Part shown: piece after piece, positions 17,801 through 27,114 of the stretch
Numbering within the stretch: position 1 is the first letter of the stretch
Layout of the letters: every line of letters begins with the position of its first letter
Virus record (IMG/VR): IMGVR_UViG_3300048856_000094
Span: 1 to 41,359 of that record
Direction: 5' to 3' (one strand)
Origin: a virus
Lineage: Duplodnaviria; Caudoviricetes
DNA length: 41,359 nt
Translations under genes and position numbers: made by a program
Notes under the pieces: model-generated
What the model was told of the DNA's origin: nothing
The model's database searches: none
The model's input: only the letters and a program-made list of their open reading frames with translations

Positions 17801-18328
17801 CTATGGGGCCGCGGCGGAGGGGTCCGGGGTGAACCGGAAGAACAGGGCCGGCTGCTCGCAGACCACCGGCGGCGGCCGCAGGTAGGTCTCGTGCCAGCGC
17901 ATATCGAAGGCGATCATGGCCTGCCCGAGCGCCCGCTCGCCGCTGCGGGCGTCGATGTTGAGCGTGGTCTTCACGCCGGCGATGCGCTCGATGCGGCCCG
18001 TCTGCGGGTCCAGCAGCTCGGGCGCGGTCAGGACCGCCAGACAGATGGCCTGGCAGCAGCGTTCCAGCTCTGCCTCGACCTCCTGGGTGCGGCGGGAGGC
18101 GGCATCGAGCTTGACCTGCACCGCCATGGTGCAGGCCACGCTGAAGGTCTCGCTCTGTAGGTCGTCGCCGGTCTTTTCTTCATCGTAGCCATAGACCAGC
18201 ACGGCGGTGGCTTCGCTCTCCTGCACCGGCCAGTCGCGGGCGCGGAAGACCCGGCCGCCCAGCTCGGGCATGCGCCGCTCCAGCACGGCCGCCACGATGT
18301 CGCGCACGCCGGCGCGGAAGTCGCTCAT
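17801..18328 (-). CDS. Tail terminator/completion-like protein
   Basis: RVF.AR.WP...LVY...E motif; position before the sheath. Confidence 0.7.
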   Translation of the reverse strand: MSDFRAGVRDIVAAVLERRMPELGGRVFRARDWPVQESEATAVLVYGYDEEKTGDDLQSETFSVACTMAVQVKLDAASRRTQEVEAELERCCQAICLAVLTAPELLDPQTGRIERIAGVKTTLNIDARSGERALGQAMIAFDMRWHETYLRPPPVVCEQPALFFRFTPDPSAAAP

Positions 18329-18663
18329 GGTCCTGCACTCGCGAGATAGCCGAGCGGCATCACCAGCCAGCCCATGCCGTCCGGCTGCACATCGGTGATG
18401 TCGAAGACGCGGCCGAGGATCTGCGCGCGATCGGTGGCGCGCAGAGCCAGGGCGGGCGGCAGGTCAGCCTGGCGGATGCCCAGCACCGTCTTCTTGATGG
18501 AGAAAGGCGCGCCATCCTCGCCCATCGCCTCGATCTGGAAGCGATCGAAGATGCCGTCGATCTCGATCAGCGGCTCGCCGCCGCGCTGGAACAGGACCCG
18601 GCCGGGGACGGCGAAAGCCTTGAGGATGGCGCCGCTGGTGAGTGCGTCGAAATCGACGGCCAT
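18325..18663 (-). CDS. Head-tail joining protein (lambda gpFII-like)
   Basis: GIFD...D...I.G..F.I.DVQPDG.G motif; follows the capsid gene. Confidence 0.8.
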   Translation of the reverse strand: MAVDFDALTSGAILKAFAVPGRVLFQRGGEPLIEIDGIFDRFQIEAMGEDGAPFSIKKTVLGIRQADLPPALALRATDRAQILGRVFDITDVQPDGMGWLVMPLGYLASAGP

Positions 18664-18672
18664 GGCGAGGGA

Positions 18673-19707
18673 TCAGGCGCCGGCGCGGCCGCTCAGCAGC
18701 ATCTCCGGCCGCGTGCAGATGTGCAGCGGGTAGGAGTAGACCTCCTGCTTCCACCAGGCATTGCGCTGCAGGTCGAAGATCGGTTGCACGTAGATCGGCT
18801 TGCCGGGGGTGTTCACCCACTCGAAGCTCTCGCCCGGCGCCAGCGCGCGCTGGAACACGCCCGGCGCGCCAACAGGGAAGAACTTTACCTCGTCATGGCC
18901 GATGGCGATCTCGCTGTTGTCGTTGGAGCCGCGATAGTTCATCCAGTCGATGTCACCGAAGGCCATCGACTTGAAGGCGCCGCCCTGGCGCAGCTCCTTG
19001 GCCGCTTCCCAGTTGAAGTAGGTCTTCAGCACATCCTGGTGGCGGGTGAACTTGTCCCAGAACCCATCGCCGCAGAGGGCCTGCACACGGGTGCTGGGCG
19101 TCCAGGCGCCCTGCGAGGCGCGCATCATCTTGCGCACGATCTCATTGCAGAGCATGCGAAGGTCGCCGTCTTCCGCAGCGGGATTGCTGAGGTTGAAGGC
19201 GATCTCCTCCGGCTCATCGATGCCGAATTCTTCGAACCAGTCGAACAGCACGGAATTGTCGGCATCGAGCAGCTTGCCTTGCACGGCGCCGAGGCGATGC
19301 CGCTCCCAGGTGTATTCCATGTTGCTGGTCAGGCCGGTGGGGCCGGCCAAGCGGCGTCCCACCTCGGCCTGCACCTGCATCAGCACGCTCTCCTGGCCGA
19401 ACTCGCGGATGTTCTGCAGCTCGGCGGCATAGAGGGTGTCGGAATGCGCGATGCGCGGCGTCTCGAAGTAGCGCATCTTGCGCTTCTCGGTGGTGCGCTC
19501 GGTGGGCGGCGTGCCACGGGCACTGGTCGGGATGATGACCAGCTTGCCGGAGCGCTCCTCGACGGCCAGCGCCGTGGTGCGGATCGGCTTGTCCTCGAAG
19601 ATGCCGAGGTCGCCCAGGCCGGTGGGCAGGTAGGGGACGCGTTCGACAGCGGCGGTCAGCTCAACCGTCGAAAAGGCGTCGTTGCGGAAGATGTTCAGGA
19701 TGGACAC
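18673..19707 (-). CDS. Major capsid protein, lambda gpE family
   Basis: F..DAFS..ELTAA...PY.P..LG.LG.F...SYPL.ICTRP..L; GTG start at 19707. Confidence 0.93.
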   Translation of the reverse strand: MSILNIFRNDAFSTVELTAAVERVPYLPTGLGDLGIFEDKPIRTTALAVEERSGKLVIIPTSARGTPPTERTTEKRKMRYFETPRIAHSDTLYAAELQNIREFGQESVLMQVQAEVGRRLAGPTGLTSNMEYTWERHRLGAVQGKLLDADNSVLFDWFEEFGIDEPEEIAFNLSNPAAEDGDLRMLCNEIVRKMMRASQGAWTPSTRVQALCGDGFWDKFTRHQDVLKTYFNWEAAKELRQGGAFKSMAFGDIDWMNYRGSNDNSEIAIGHDEVKFFPVGAPGVFQRALAPGESFEWVNTPGKPIYVQPIFDLQRNAWWKQEVYSYPLHICTRPEMLLSGRAGA

Positions 19708-19788
19708 GGGGCGGGAAGCTCCATCGGCTGGATCCGCGCCAAGCGGCGTGGCCCAGGCGTGCGGAAAGGGATGGCTGGCAGGCGGGCC

Positions 19789-19831
19789 CCGCGAACTTGC
19801 GGATTTGCGCAAGTCCGCGGCTCAGCCGCGG
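19789..19831. other. Intergenic hairpins upstream of the capsid gene
   Basis: CCGCGAACTTGCG-GATTTG-CGCAAGTCCGCGG, overlapping CCGCGGC-TCA-GCCGCGG. Confidence 0.5.
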
Positions 19832-19847
19832 GCGCTGCCCTGCGGGA

Positions 19848-20234
19848 TCAGCGGGCGACGATGCCCTTGGCCTTCAGGTCGGCCAGGCCGGCGGCCTTGC
19901 CGGCGGCATCCACCGCGGCATCCCAGCGCAGCTCGGAGGCGTTCACCTCGGCATCACGGCTGGTCACGGTGACCTTGGCCTGCCCGGCGGCCGGCACGAT
20001 CACCGGCGCATAGAGGACAGCCGAGGCGACCTCGCTGCCGTCAGTGCCGGCGTTGTCGTAGGGGACGAAGCTGGCGTCGGCCGTCAGGGTGCCGAGCACC
20101 AAGCCAGCATCCAGCACCAGGGCGGTGCTGCCAGCGTTCTTGATGATGCCGGCATCCCGCGACCGGAAGCCATTGGCTTCGCTGATCAGGTAGGCGGCGG
20201 TGTAGAAGCGTTCGGAAAGCACGGGGCTGACCAT
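19848..20234 (-). CDS. Head decoration protein (lambda gpD-like)
   Basis: YL.SEANG.RSR, G.VLG, DGSE.A.AVL, RDAEV, L...GI..R. Confidence 0.88.
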   Translation of the reverse strand: MVSPVLSERFYTAAYLISEANGFRSRDAGIIKNAGSTALVLDAGLVLGTLTADASFVPYDNAGTDGSEVASAVLYAPVIVPAAGQAKVTVTSRDAEVNASELRWDAAVDAAGKAAGLADLKAKGIVAR

Positions 20235-20252
20235 GTGGGCGGTCCTTCCTGA

Positions 20253-20936
20253 TTACCGCTTCGGCTGGATGCCGGCCTTGGCGAAGGCGCGATCCCAGCT
20301 GGCGGAGGCGGTCTGGCGGCTGTTCGGCGCCGGCGACGAGGAGGCGGAGGGGCGGTGGCTGCCGTAGGCGTCCATGCGGGCGCCCAGGCCGTTGCCAGCG
20401 GAGGCCTGCTCGCGCGGCAGCGTCTTCAGCACGCCGATGGCCTGCGCCGAGGTCATCTTGGTGTTGAAGGCGAGGTGCGCGGCGGAGGCGACCCGGCCCG
20501 TGGCATGCCGGGAACCGAAGATGGCGGCGCAGCGGGCGCGCTCGCGCTTGCGGGCGGCGCGGGCCTTCGGCTCGGCGTCATCCTCCTCGGCCTGGCGCTC
20601 CTCCTCGTCTTCGTCGTCATCCTCGGCGGCGGTGCGGCGGCCCTTGGGCTCGTCGTCATCATCGTCCGGGTTGTCGTCGTCGGCGCGACCACCCTTGGCC
20701 TTGCGGCCCTTGGGCTCGGCGTCGTCGTCATCGGGGTTGTCGTCGTCGGCGCGGCCGCCCTTGGCCTTGCGGCCCTTGGGCTCGGCGTCATCGTCGTCCG
20801 GGTTGTCGTCGTCAGCACGACCGCCCTGCGGCTTGTCGTTCTGATCGTCTTCCGGCTCGTCAGCGCGGGCGTTCTTGCCGGCATGGCCGAGCAGATGCGC
20901 AAAGCTCAGGGCTTGCCGCATGGAGAAACGGGGCAT
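20253..20936 (-). CDS. Acidic capsid scaffold-like protein with internal repeats
   Basis: Asp/Glu-rich; ERAR.AAI and A.HLAF.T.M...QAI..L C-terminus; between protease and decoration genes. Confidence 0.7.
   Translation of the reverse strand: MPRFSMRQALSFAHLLGHAGKNARADEPEDDQNDKPQGGRADDDNPDDDDAEPKGRKAKGGRADDDNPDDDDAEPKGRKAKGGRADDDNPDDDDDEPKGRRTAAEDDDEDEEERQAEEDDAEPKARAARKRERARCAAIFGSRHATGRVASAAHLAFNTKMTSAQAIGVLKTLPREQASAGNGLGARMDAYGSHRPSASSSPAPNSRQTASASWDRAFAKAGIQPKR
20637..20826 (-). repeat. ~3 x 66-bp coding tandem repeat (GGRADDDNPDDDDAEPKGRKAK)
   Basis: CCCTTGGGCTC recurs at 20641, 20707 and 20773. Confidence 0.92.
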
Positions 20937-20977
20937 CGGTAACCTCGTATTGTCGGGGGCGCCGGCGGGCGGCGCGG

Positions 20978-21859
20978 TCAGAGGGAGCGGAGCAGATCCG
21001 CCATGGCGGCGTCGGGCGCGCGAACCGTGTCCGCGAAGCCGATGGAGACGCCGGCGGCGCCGAGGAAGGTGCCGGCCTTGGTGCCGCGCACCACGGAAGC
21101 CTTCAGGCCCCGGTTGCGGGCCACCGTATCGATGAACAACTCGCCCATCGTGTCGATATCGGCCTGCATGCGGCCGAGCGCGCCCTTGCTGAGCGGCTCG
21201 TATTCATTGCCCTCGGCCTTGAATTCGCCGTAGCGGATCACCGTGACAGTGAGCCCGGCCTTGCCAAGCGCCTGCGACATGTCGCAGTGCATGCCGATGA
21301 CGCCGACGCTGCCGGTGCCGCCGGTGCGGGGCACGGTGATGTGGTCGCAGGCGCTGGCGATCGCGTAGGCGGCCGAATAGGCGCTCTCATCCAGGATGGC
21401 CCAGAGCGGCTTCTCGCCGCGCATGCGGAAGACCATGTCGGCCAGGTCAAAGCAGCCAGCGACCTCGCCGCCCGGGCTGTCGATTAGCAGCGCGATGGCT
21501 TCCACCTCGGGGTCATTCAGTGCCGCCAGCAGGTTCAGCCGGATGCCGTCATAGCCCGTCATGCCGCTATAGGGGCGGAGCGTGCCGAGCTTCTGGACCA
21601 GGGTGCCGCTGACCGGCACCAGGGCCACGCCGTTGATCACCTCGTAGGGGCGTTCCTCGGCGCGGCGGCTGAAGGACTTGCCGCCCTCGTCGTCCTGGTC
21701 GAAGGCGCCGGGCTTCAGCCCCAGCATCTCGCCACCCCGGAACAGGTGGGCGATGCCGAGCCGATCGGCCAGGGCCGCCATTACCACCTCGGCCTTGGCC
21801 GGGTGGATGGCGATCGGCTGGTTAAAGAGCCGCTGCGCCAGGTGCGGGAAGTGGTTCAC
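20978..21859 (-). CDS. Prohead protease, S49 family (lambda gpC-like)
   Basis: IDSPGG, AYSAAYAIASA, GSVGV motifs; GTG start overlapping the upstream stop. Confidence 0.93.
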   Translation of the reverse strand: MNHFPHLAQRLFNQPIAIHPAKAEVVMAALADRLGIAHLFRGGEMLGLKPGAFDQDDEGGKSFSRRAEERPYEVINGVALVPVSGTLVQKLGTLRPYSGMTGYDGIRLNLLAALNDPEVEAIALLIDSPGGEVAGCFDLADMVFRMRGEKPLWAILDESAYSAAYAIASACDHITVPRTGGTGSVGVIGMHCDMSQALGKAGLTVTVIRYGEFKAEGNEYEPLSKGALGRMQADIDTMGELFIDTVARNRGLKASVVRGTKAGTFLGAAGVSIGFADTVRAPDAAMADLLRSL

Positions 21860-22065
21860 GCTTGCCGCCCTCGCTTCAGTGCCTCGACCACCAGAACGGT
21901 GCCGAAGACCACGATGACGACCACCACCAGCAGGCTCAGGGTGATGGCGGCGATGGCACCGCCCAGAGCGCCGAGCAGCAGCGTGATCAGGATGACAACG
22001 GCGGCGGTCAGCGCCCGCAGCAGGGTGACAAAAGCCCGCACCAGCGGGCGAAGCAGGGCGGTCAT
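21856..22065 (-). CDS. 69-aa highly hydrophobic membrane protein
   Basis: About 45 uninterrupted hydrophobic residues; 4-nt overlaps on both sides. Confidence 0.7.
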   Translation of the reverse strand: MTALLRPLVRAFVTLLRALTAAVVILITLLLGALGGAIAAITLSLLVVVVIVVFGTVLVVEALKRGRQA

Positions 22066-22352
22066 CGCACGTTCTCCAGGGTATCCCAGCCGGGCGGCGC
22101 CAGCTCAGGGCTGGCCGGCGCGAAGGCCTCACCGGGCCAGAGCGTGGGCATGTGGCCGGGCTGGTTCATGGCGGCCCGCAGTTCCGCCATCGCCTCCGGG
22201 CTGAGCGGCGGGATGTGGATGGCATGCATCTCGGCCAGCAGCGCTTCACCGCGGCGAAGACGGCCCGGGCCGGGCACGACATTGGGCGCCGCCGCGGCGA
22301 GCGGCAGCGCCGCCAGCAGGCCCAAGAGCCCGCGACGTTGGGTGGTCTTCAT
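22062..22352 (-). CDS. 96-aa protein with twin-arginine-like N-terminal signal
   Basis: MKTTQRRGLLGLLAALPLAAAA; co-oriented and coupled in the late operon. Confidence 0.65.
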   Translation of the reverse strand: MKTTQRRGLLGLLAALPLAAAAPNVVPGPGRLRRGEALLAEMHAIHIPPLSPEAMAELRAAMNQPGHMPTLWPGEAFAPASPELAPPGWDTLENVR

Positions 22353-22362
22353 GCGATGCCTT

Positions 22363-24045
22363 TCAGGTGCCGTCGCGGTCGGGCTGCGGGTCGGGTCGCT
22401 GCTGGTTCTGGTAGAGCGGCGAGCCCATGGCCCAGGTCGGCAGCGCCAGGCCGCGCTGCTTCATCATCGCGACCTCCAACTGGCGCTGGTCCAGGACCTC
22501 CTCGTAATCACGGCCCTGCTCGGCGCATTCGTCTTCCAGCGTGCCAAAGCCAGCCTCCATGCCCAGCACCGCGCCCTGGCGCTCGGCCACCGGATCCACC
22601 CAGCCACGCGCCGGACCAATCCAGCGGCAGGCCATGTAGGCCGTTCGCATCTCCGCGAACGCGGGCGCGTTGCGCGGCAGCGGCACCCGGCCCAGCTCGA
22701 TCGCCTCTTCCAGCCAGGCGCCATAGATCGGATTGGCGAAGCCGATGGCGAAATTGTCACGCCGGCGCTTCAGCGTCTTCCAGGCCTCCAGCATCGCCGC
22801 CCGGGCGCTGCTGTAGTTGGTCTTGGAGTAATCCCAGCTCAGCTGCTCGGCCGATTGGCCGGTGGCCGCGGCAAAGCGCCGCAGCACCGCGCCCTGGAAG
22901 GCCTCGAAACCGCTGTTCGGTCGCGTGGCTGCGACCGACTTCACCTCTTCACCTGGCGCCAGTGTCGGCATCCGCACACCGTTCAGGCTGAGCGGATTGG
23001 CCTCATGATGCTCGCTGCGGAGCTTCTGGTATTCACTGAGCGCGCCATCCTCGTTGAGGATGTTCTGCATGTCCGCAGGATCCAGCGGGCTCTGGATGAA
23101 GGTGGCGAAGATCGTCTGCAGCAGCGCCTGCTGCAGCTCGGCCTGGTCATAGCGCGACAGCATGCGCATGGCGCCCAGCACCGGCGTCATGACGCTGGTG
23201 CCACGATGCTGGGTCCGCCGCTCCGGCTCGAAATCATGCACCACCACCGGGCGGCCCCAGGGCGTCTCGCGTTCGAAGTAATCCCAGCGCTGGCTCTCCA
23301 GCGCCAGATAGGTATCACCCTCATGCGCCTGGCGAATGTGGTAGCCCACCGTGACGCCCAGGCCGTCGAGCTGGCAGCCGCCGCGCAGCCTCTCAGTATC
23401 CATCTGCCGCTGCGGGTTCGACAGCCGGTCCGGATCGACCATCTGCACTGCGGTGGCGTAGCGGGCGCCGCCGGCATAAACCCGCTCCGGCAGCCAGAGC
23501 AGCGGCGCGATGGCGTCGCCGTCCACCAGCTTGTGCCGCAGCGCCAGCCAGAACATCTGCGTCATGGTGAGCTGCCGGGCGGCATCACAGTGCTTGCCCG
23601 CGTCATTGGCCCACATGCGCCATTCGGCCTCGGCCGCCCGGCCGAATTCGTCGGCCCAGGTGGGATCGAAGCTGCTGCCGCCCATCAGCGACAGGGCGCG
23701 GTAGTCGGGCTTGGCGACCAGGCGGAACTGCGAGCCCACCGCGCTATCCACGATGCGGGTGACGCCACCGGCGGCCCAGCCATCGTTGCGCACCACATCG
23801 CGCGAGCGCGCGACCATGCGGTCACGGTCGGCATTGATCTCGCCATCGGCCGAGCGGAGCCAGGGATTCCAGTCCCCCATCTCCTGGCCGAAGAGGTTGG
23901 CGGCGTCATAGGCGAAACCGCCTGCCATGCCGCCCATCCCAGGGCCGCCATTGTGGCCCATGCGCGGCCGCGCAGGCACTGAAGCCTGCGGTGCCGGCGC
24001 GGTCGCCGCCTGCTGCCGCGCGGTGCGGCGGGTGCGGCGGCTCAC
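22363..24045 (-). CDS. Portal protein, lambda gpB family
   Basis: ARSRD..RND.WA, PD.LSNP, NYSSARA..LE.W, WVDP..E motifs. Confidence 0.95.
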   Translation of the reverse strand: MSRRTRRTARQQAATAPAPQASVPARPRMGHNGGPGMGGMAGGFAYDAANLFGQEMGDWNPWLRSADGEINADRDRMVARSRDVVRNDGWAAGGVTRIVDSAVGSQFRLVAKPDYRALSLMGGSSFDPTWADEFGRAAEAEWRMWANDAGKHCDAARQLTMTQMFWLALRHKLVDGDAIAPLLWLPERVYAGGARYATAVQMVDPDRLSNPQRQMDTERLRGGCQLDGLGVTVGYHIRQAHEGDTYLALESQRWDYFERETPWGRPVVVHDFEPERRTQHRGTSVMTPVLGAMRMLSRYDQAELQQALLQTIFATFIQSPLDPADMQNILNEDGALSEYQKLRSEHHEANPLSLNGVRMPTLAPGEEVKSVAATRPNSGFEAFQGAVLRRFAAATGQSAEQLSWDYSKTNYSSARAAMLEAWKTLKRRRDNFAIGFANPIYGAWLEEAIELGRVPLPRNAPAFAEMRTAYMACRWIGPARGWVDPVAERQGAVLGMEAGFGTLEDECAEQGRDYEEVLDQRQLEVAMMKQRGLALPTWAMGSPLYQNQQRPDPQPDRDGT

Positions 24046-24299
24046 CGGAACCTCACGGGGATGGCGCCTTGTGCGACCCCCAGAGCCAGGTTGATCTGGC
24101 GGATCAGGAGCCGGATCTTGGTGTCATCCGCCGGCGTATAGGTGACGGAGCGCGATCCGGTGCCTTGGGCATAAGCCACCGTGACCGCCTTCTCTCCGGC
24201 CGCCAGCGATAGCAGCGCCTCCTGCAGCGCCGTGCGCCGCGCGGTGAGCAGGTCGCGCGACATGCCGGCAAAGGTGCCACTCTGAATAGTTCCCGACAT
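24042..24299 (-). CDS. Head completion protein, lambda gpW-like
   Basis: L..G.K..TV.Y..G...RSVTY...D...I..LI..I...LG; between terL and portal. Confidence 0.85.
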   Translation of the reverse strand: MSGTIQSGTFAGMSRDLLTARRTALQEALLSLAAGEKAVTVAYAQGTGSRSVTYTPADDTKIRLLIRQINLALGVAQGAIPVRFR

Positions 24300-24309
24300 G
24301 CGGTCCTCA

Positions 24310-26427
24310 TCAGGCCCAGCGCGACTTGCGCGCAGCGACCTTTGGTGGAGGCGGCGCGGCCGGGGCCGGCTCGCCTGCCGTGGCAGGGATGGCGCGACGC
24401 TGGAGATCCTCCGGCGTCGCCTGGTAGGGCTGGGCGGCTTCCTCGGCGCGCTTGTTCAGGCCGAGACCGAAGTGCAGCAGGCCGCAGAGCGCGGCATAGG
24501 CGTAGACCCGGCAATCCAGCGCCTCGTTGCGCCGGCCGGGCAGCTGCACCCAGACCCGATATTTGCGGCCGCCGGCCTCGCGCACGTCCAGGCGCTCGGC
24601 CAGCAGGTGGGCATACCAGTTGATGTCGCGGTCCTGCGGCACATGCATGTAGCCCGCGCCCGCTGCCTCGATCGCCAGCCGGGCCCGGATCACGTCCTTG
24701 GCGGCATTCACGCCAAGCATGATCGGGCGGTAGCTGGCCTTGGTGCGCGACATCGGCCGCTTGGTGGGCCAGACCGGATTGCGCACGCCGTTCTGCGCGC
24801 TCTCGCCCTTGATGCCCCAGATCTTGCGGCCGAGGCGCGCCTTGCAGAACTCGTAGACCTTCTGCGTATTCTGGCCGCCGGTATCGATGCAGGTGGCCGA
24901 GATGACGAAAGGCTTGCCGTCATCGCGCAGGAAGGTCTGCTTCAGGTAAGCGTCGACCTTGTCCCAGACCACATCGGTATTGGCATCGCCCTCGATGACC
25001 TCATAGGCGATCGACCAGGATTCCTCGTTGCGGCCCCAGCCCACCACCTCCAACTCGACGCGATCGGGCTGCACGTCCACGCCGCAGGTCAGGATGGCGA
25101 CGCCATGCGGCACCGCGCCGGCCCATTGCTCGCCGCGCTCGGCCAGCTTCTCCAGCACCAGCGCCTTGCCGCCGTGCGGGCGGTAGGGCAGCCCGGCCTG
25201 GGTGTTCCACCAGCTCTGCAGCAGGTCCTCGTTGCCCTGCGCCTTCAGCCACTTGTCAGCGATGTCGCTGGGCTTGTCCTTCTGCCAGGGGCTGAACAGC
25301 TTGCCGGCCTGGAAGCCCGCGTGCTTGTTCGGCACCGCCCAGCTGCTGCAATGCCGGCACTTGGCCCGGTAGACTGCCCAGCGCGGGCCGCTCCACCAGT
25401 CCCAGGCCTGCAGCACTGGATCCAGCACCGGGCTGCCCTCGCGGGCGGCGCGCCAGGCGCGATCGTATTCCTCCAGCGGAAACTGCAGCTCGCCGCAGCA
25501 TTTGAAGGGCCGCGTCTGGTGGTGCCGCGTCGTCGCCAGCGCCTTCAGGCGGTCGCCCTCCGACCAGCCGCAGCCACAGGCCTCACACCAGATCTGCGCC
25601 GTCTCCGGCTTGTGCGCGCCGTCCACCTTGTCCCAGTGGACGTGCTTGAAGAAGTCCAAGAACTGGCGGTGCCCGCAGTGCGGGCATTCCACCGAGGCGC
25701 GGCGCTGGTCGCTATCGGCATAGCTGCCGGCGATGCGGCTTTCGTCCTCGACCGTGGGCGAGCACACCCGCAGGCTGAGCCAGTTGACCCCGAAGGTGGC
25801 GGTGCGTTCTTCCGCCAGAGCGATGGGATCGCCCTCGCGGGTGACCGGGTATTTGTCCACCTCGTCGCAGAGCAGCACCCGGATCGGCCGGCGCGCCAGG
25901 TTGTCCGGGCTACCGGCGCCGGCCAGCGCCAGGAAGCCGCCGGGGAAGCTCTTGAAGAGCAGTGTCTCGTCGGCCTTGCGCGTCTTGGCGGTGCCGATCA
26001 GTGGCTTCAGCGCGGGCGTGGCCCGCACCATCGGCGTGATGCGCTCTTTCGAGAACTGCTCGGCCGCCGCTTCCTTCGGCTGCAGCAGCAGCATCGGGCA
26101 GGGATCGAGATGGGCGAAGAAGCCGAAGACATTCTCCAGCAGCGCGGTCTTGAGCAACTGCGTCGAGACCATCGCCGTGACGATGTGGACGCCGGGCTCG
26201 GTCACCGCCAGCATTGGCCCCCGGGCCACCTCGACAGTGCTGGTGCGCCAGTCGCCGGAGGTGGAGCCAGCCTCCTTGGCCAGCTTGCGAAAGCGGTCGG
26301 CCCAATCCGGGACGCTGATGCGGGGCGGCGGGGTCCAGCCCTTGCGGGAGGAAAGCCGGAGCCGGTCAGCCTTCGATAAGATCGCTGGCTTGGGGTTCTC
26401 CAAGCTCCTCAAGTTGCTGGTGGACAT
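24310..26427 (-). CDS. Terminase large subunit, lambda GpA family
   Basis: PPP..S...WAD, Walker A-like STQLLKT, LCDEVDKY, SPT, CPHCG, GVDVQ, NEALDC.VYAYAA. Confidence 0.96.
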   Translation of the reverse strand: MSTSNLRSLENPKPAILSKADRLRLSSRKGWTPPPRISVPDWADRFRKLAKEAGSTSGDWRTSTVEVARGPMLAVTEPGVHIVTAMVSTQLLKTALLENVFGFFAHLDPCPMLLLQPKEAAAEQFSKERITPMVRATPALKPLIGTAKTRKADETLLFKSFPGGFLALAGAGSPDNLARRPIRVLLCDEVDKYPVTREGDPIALAEERTATFGVNWLSLRVCSPTVEDESRIAGSYADSDQRRASVECPHCGHRQFLDFFKHVHWDKVDGAHKPETAQIWCEACGCGWSEGDRLKALATTRHHQTRPFKCCGELQFPLEEYDRAWRAAREGSPVLDPVLQAWDWWSGPRWAVYRAKCRHCSSWAVPNKHAGFQAGKLFSPWQKDKPSDIADKWLKAQGNEDLLQSWWNTQAGLPYRPHGGKALVLEKLAERGEQWAGAVPHGVAILTCGVDVQPDRVELEVVGWGRNEESWSIAYEVIEGDANTDVVWDKVDAYLKQTFLRDDGKPFVISATCIDTGGQNTQKVYEFCKARLGRKIWGIKGESAQNGVRNPVWPTKRPMSRTKASYRPIMLGVNAAKDVIRARLAIEAAGAGYMHVPQDRDINWYAHLLAERLDVREAGGRKYRVWVQLPGRRNEALDCRVYAYAALCGLLHFGLGLNKRAEEAAQPYQATPEDLQRRAIPATAGEPAPAAPPPPKVAARKSRWA

Positions 26428-27088
26428 ACGGGTTCAGCGCCTCGACGACTTTGGCCGCCTCCAGGCCCAGGTCGGCCGCAAGCCGCGGCCCGATCTTGGA
26501 TGGCCAGTTGATCCAGGCGTCACGCCACTGGCGGGCGCTTTCGAAGAGCACGCCCTCGGCCAGGGCCAGCTCGATCAGCGCGCCGGCGCGCTTCTGGGCA
26601 TCAAGCGCCTGCTTCAGGGCCAGGGCGGCCGCCTTCACCCGCTCCGAGGTGGCGAGTGCGGGAAAGTCGCCGCTCAGCACCCGGCGGGCGAACTCATCGA
26701 AATCGATGTTCTCGGCGTCCTCAGCCTCGCCCTCAGCGGCGCGGCGGCGCTTCAGGGCGCCACCATGCGGCTGGCCTTCCAGGGCCTCCTGCGGCGCGCC
26801 TGGTGCGGACAGTGGCGGGGTGCAGGTGCGGACATCGGGTACGGACATGTCCGCACTGTCCGCGCCCATGTCCGCAGCGGTGTCCGCACCCTTGTCCGCA
26901 TGCCGGTTGGCCTTGCGCCAGCCGGTGCCGACCAGCGCGGCCGACAGCATGCCGTTGGGCAAAGGCGTGAGATATCCGCCGTTTACGGCGCGGCGGATGA
27001 CCTTGTCGTTGACACCCTCGCGGCGGGCAAACTCGCGGATGGAGATGGCGTCCGCAGCCGGTGCGGACACTGCGGACACTGCGGACAC
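26366..27088 (-). CDS. Terminase small subunit (Nu1-like); start uncertain
   Basis: N-terminal wHTH SIREFARREGV.DK.IRRAV..G; C-terminal RDAW..WP..I.P.LAA; overlaps terL. Confidence 0.82.
   Translation of the reverse strand: MSAVSAVSAPAADAISIREFARREGVNDKVIRRAVNGGYLTPLPNGMLSAALVGTGWRKANRHADKGADTAADMGADSADMSVPDVRTCTPPLSAPGAPQEALEGQPHGGALKRRRAAEGEAEDAENIDFDEFARRVLSGDFPALATSERVKAAALALKQALDAQKRAGALIELALAEGVLFESARQWRDAWINWPSKIGPRLAADLGLEAAKVVEALNPYVHQQLEELGEPQASDLIEG
26804..27088. repeat. Cluster of ~12 TGCGGACA/TGTCCGCA motifs in terS
   Basis: Copies at 26804, 26827, 26840, 26848, 26857, 26869, 26881, 26893, 27049, 27062, 27071 and 27080, in both orientations, a few with one mismatch. Confidence 0.85.
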
Positions 27089-27114
27089 GATTTCAGATCC
27101 TTCAGCTGGGAATG

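Noticed and set aside
20637-20826. 66-bp repeats as a CRISPR array
   Set aside because: In-frame coding repeats with synonymous variation, no unique spacers and no cas genes.
8419-22132. ORF-track N-terminal extensions (to 9651, 10668, 11822, 15386, 15846, 19812, 22132)
   Set aside because: They overlap upstream genes or lack an RBS; downstream starts match family N-termini and stop/start coupling.
4135-26379. Long + strand ORFs (e.g. 4135-6405, 10314-11924, 15677-17698, 18721-20013, 21862-23982, 24298-26379)
   Set aside because: Antisense shadows of recognisable minus-strand phage genes in high-GC DNA, with no motifs of their own. Only the 3' end of 10314-11924 was kept, as a small gene.
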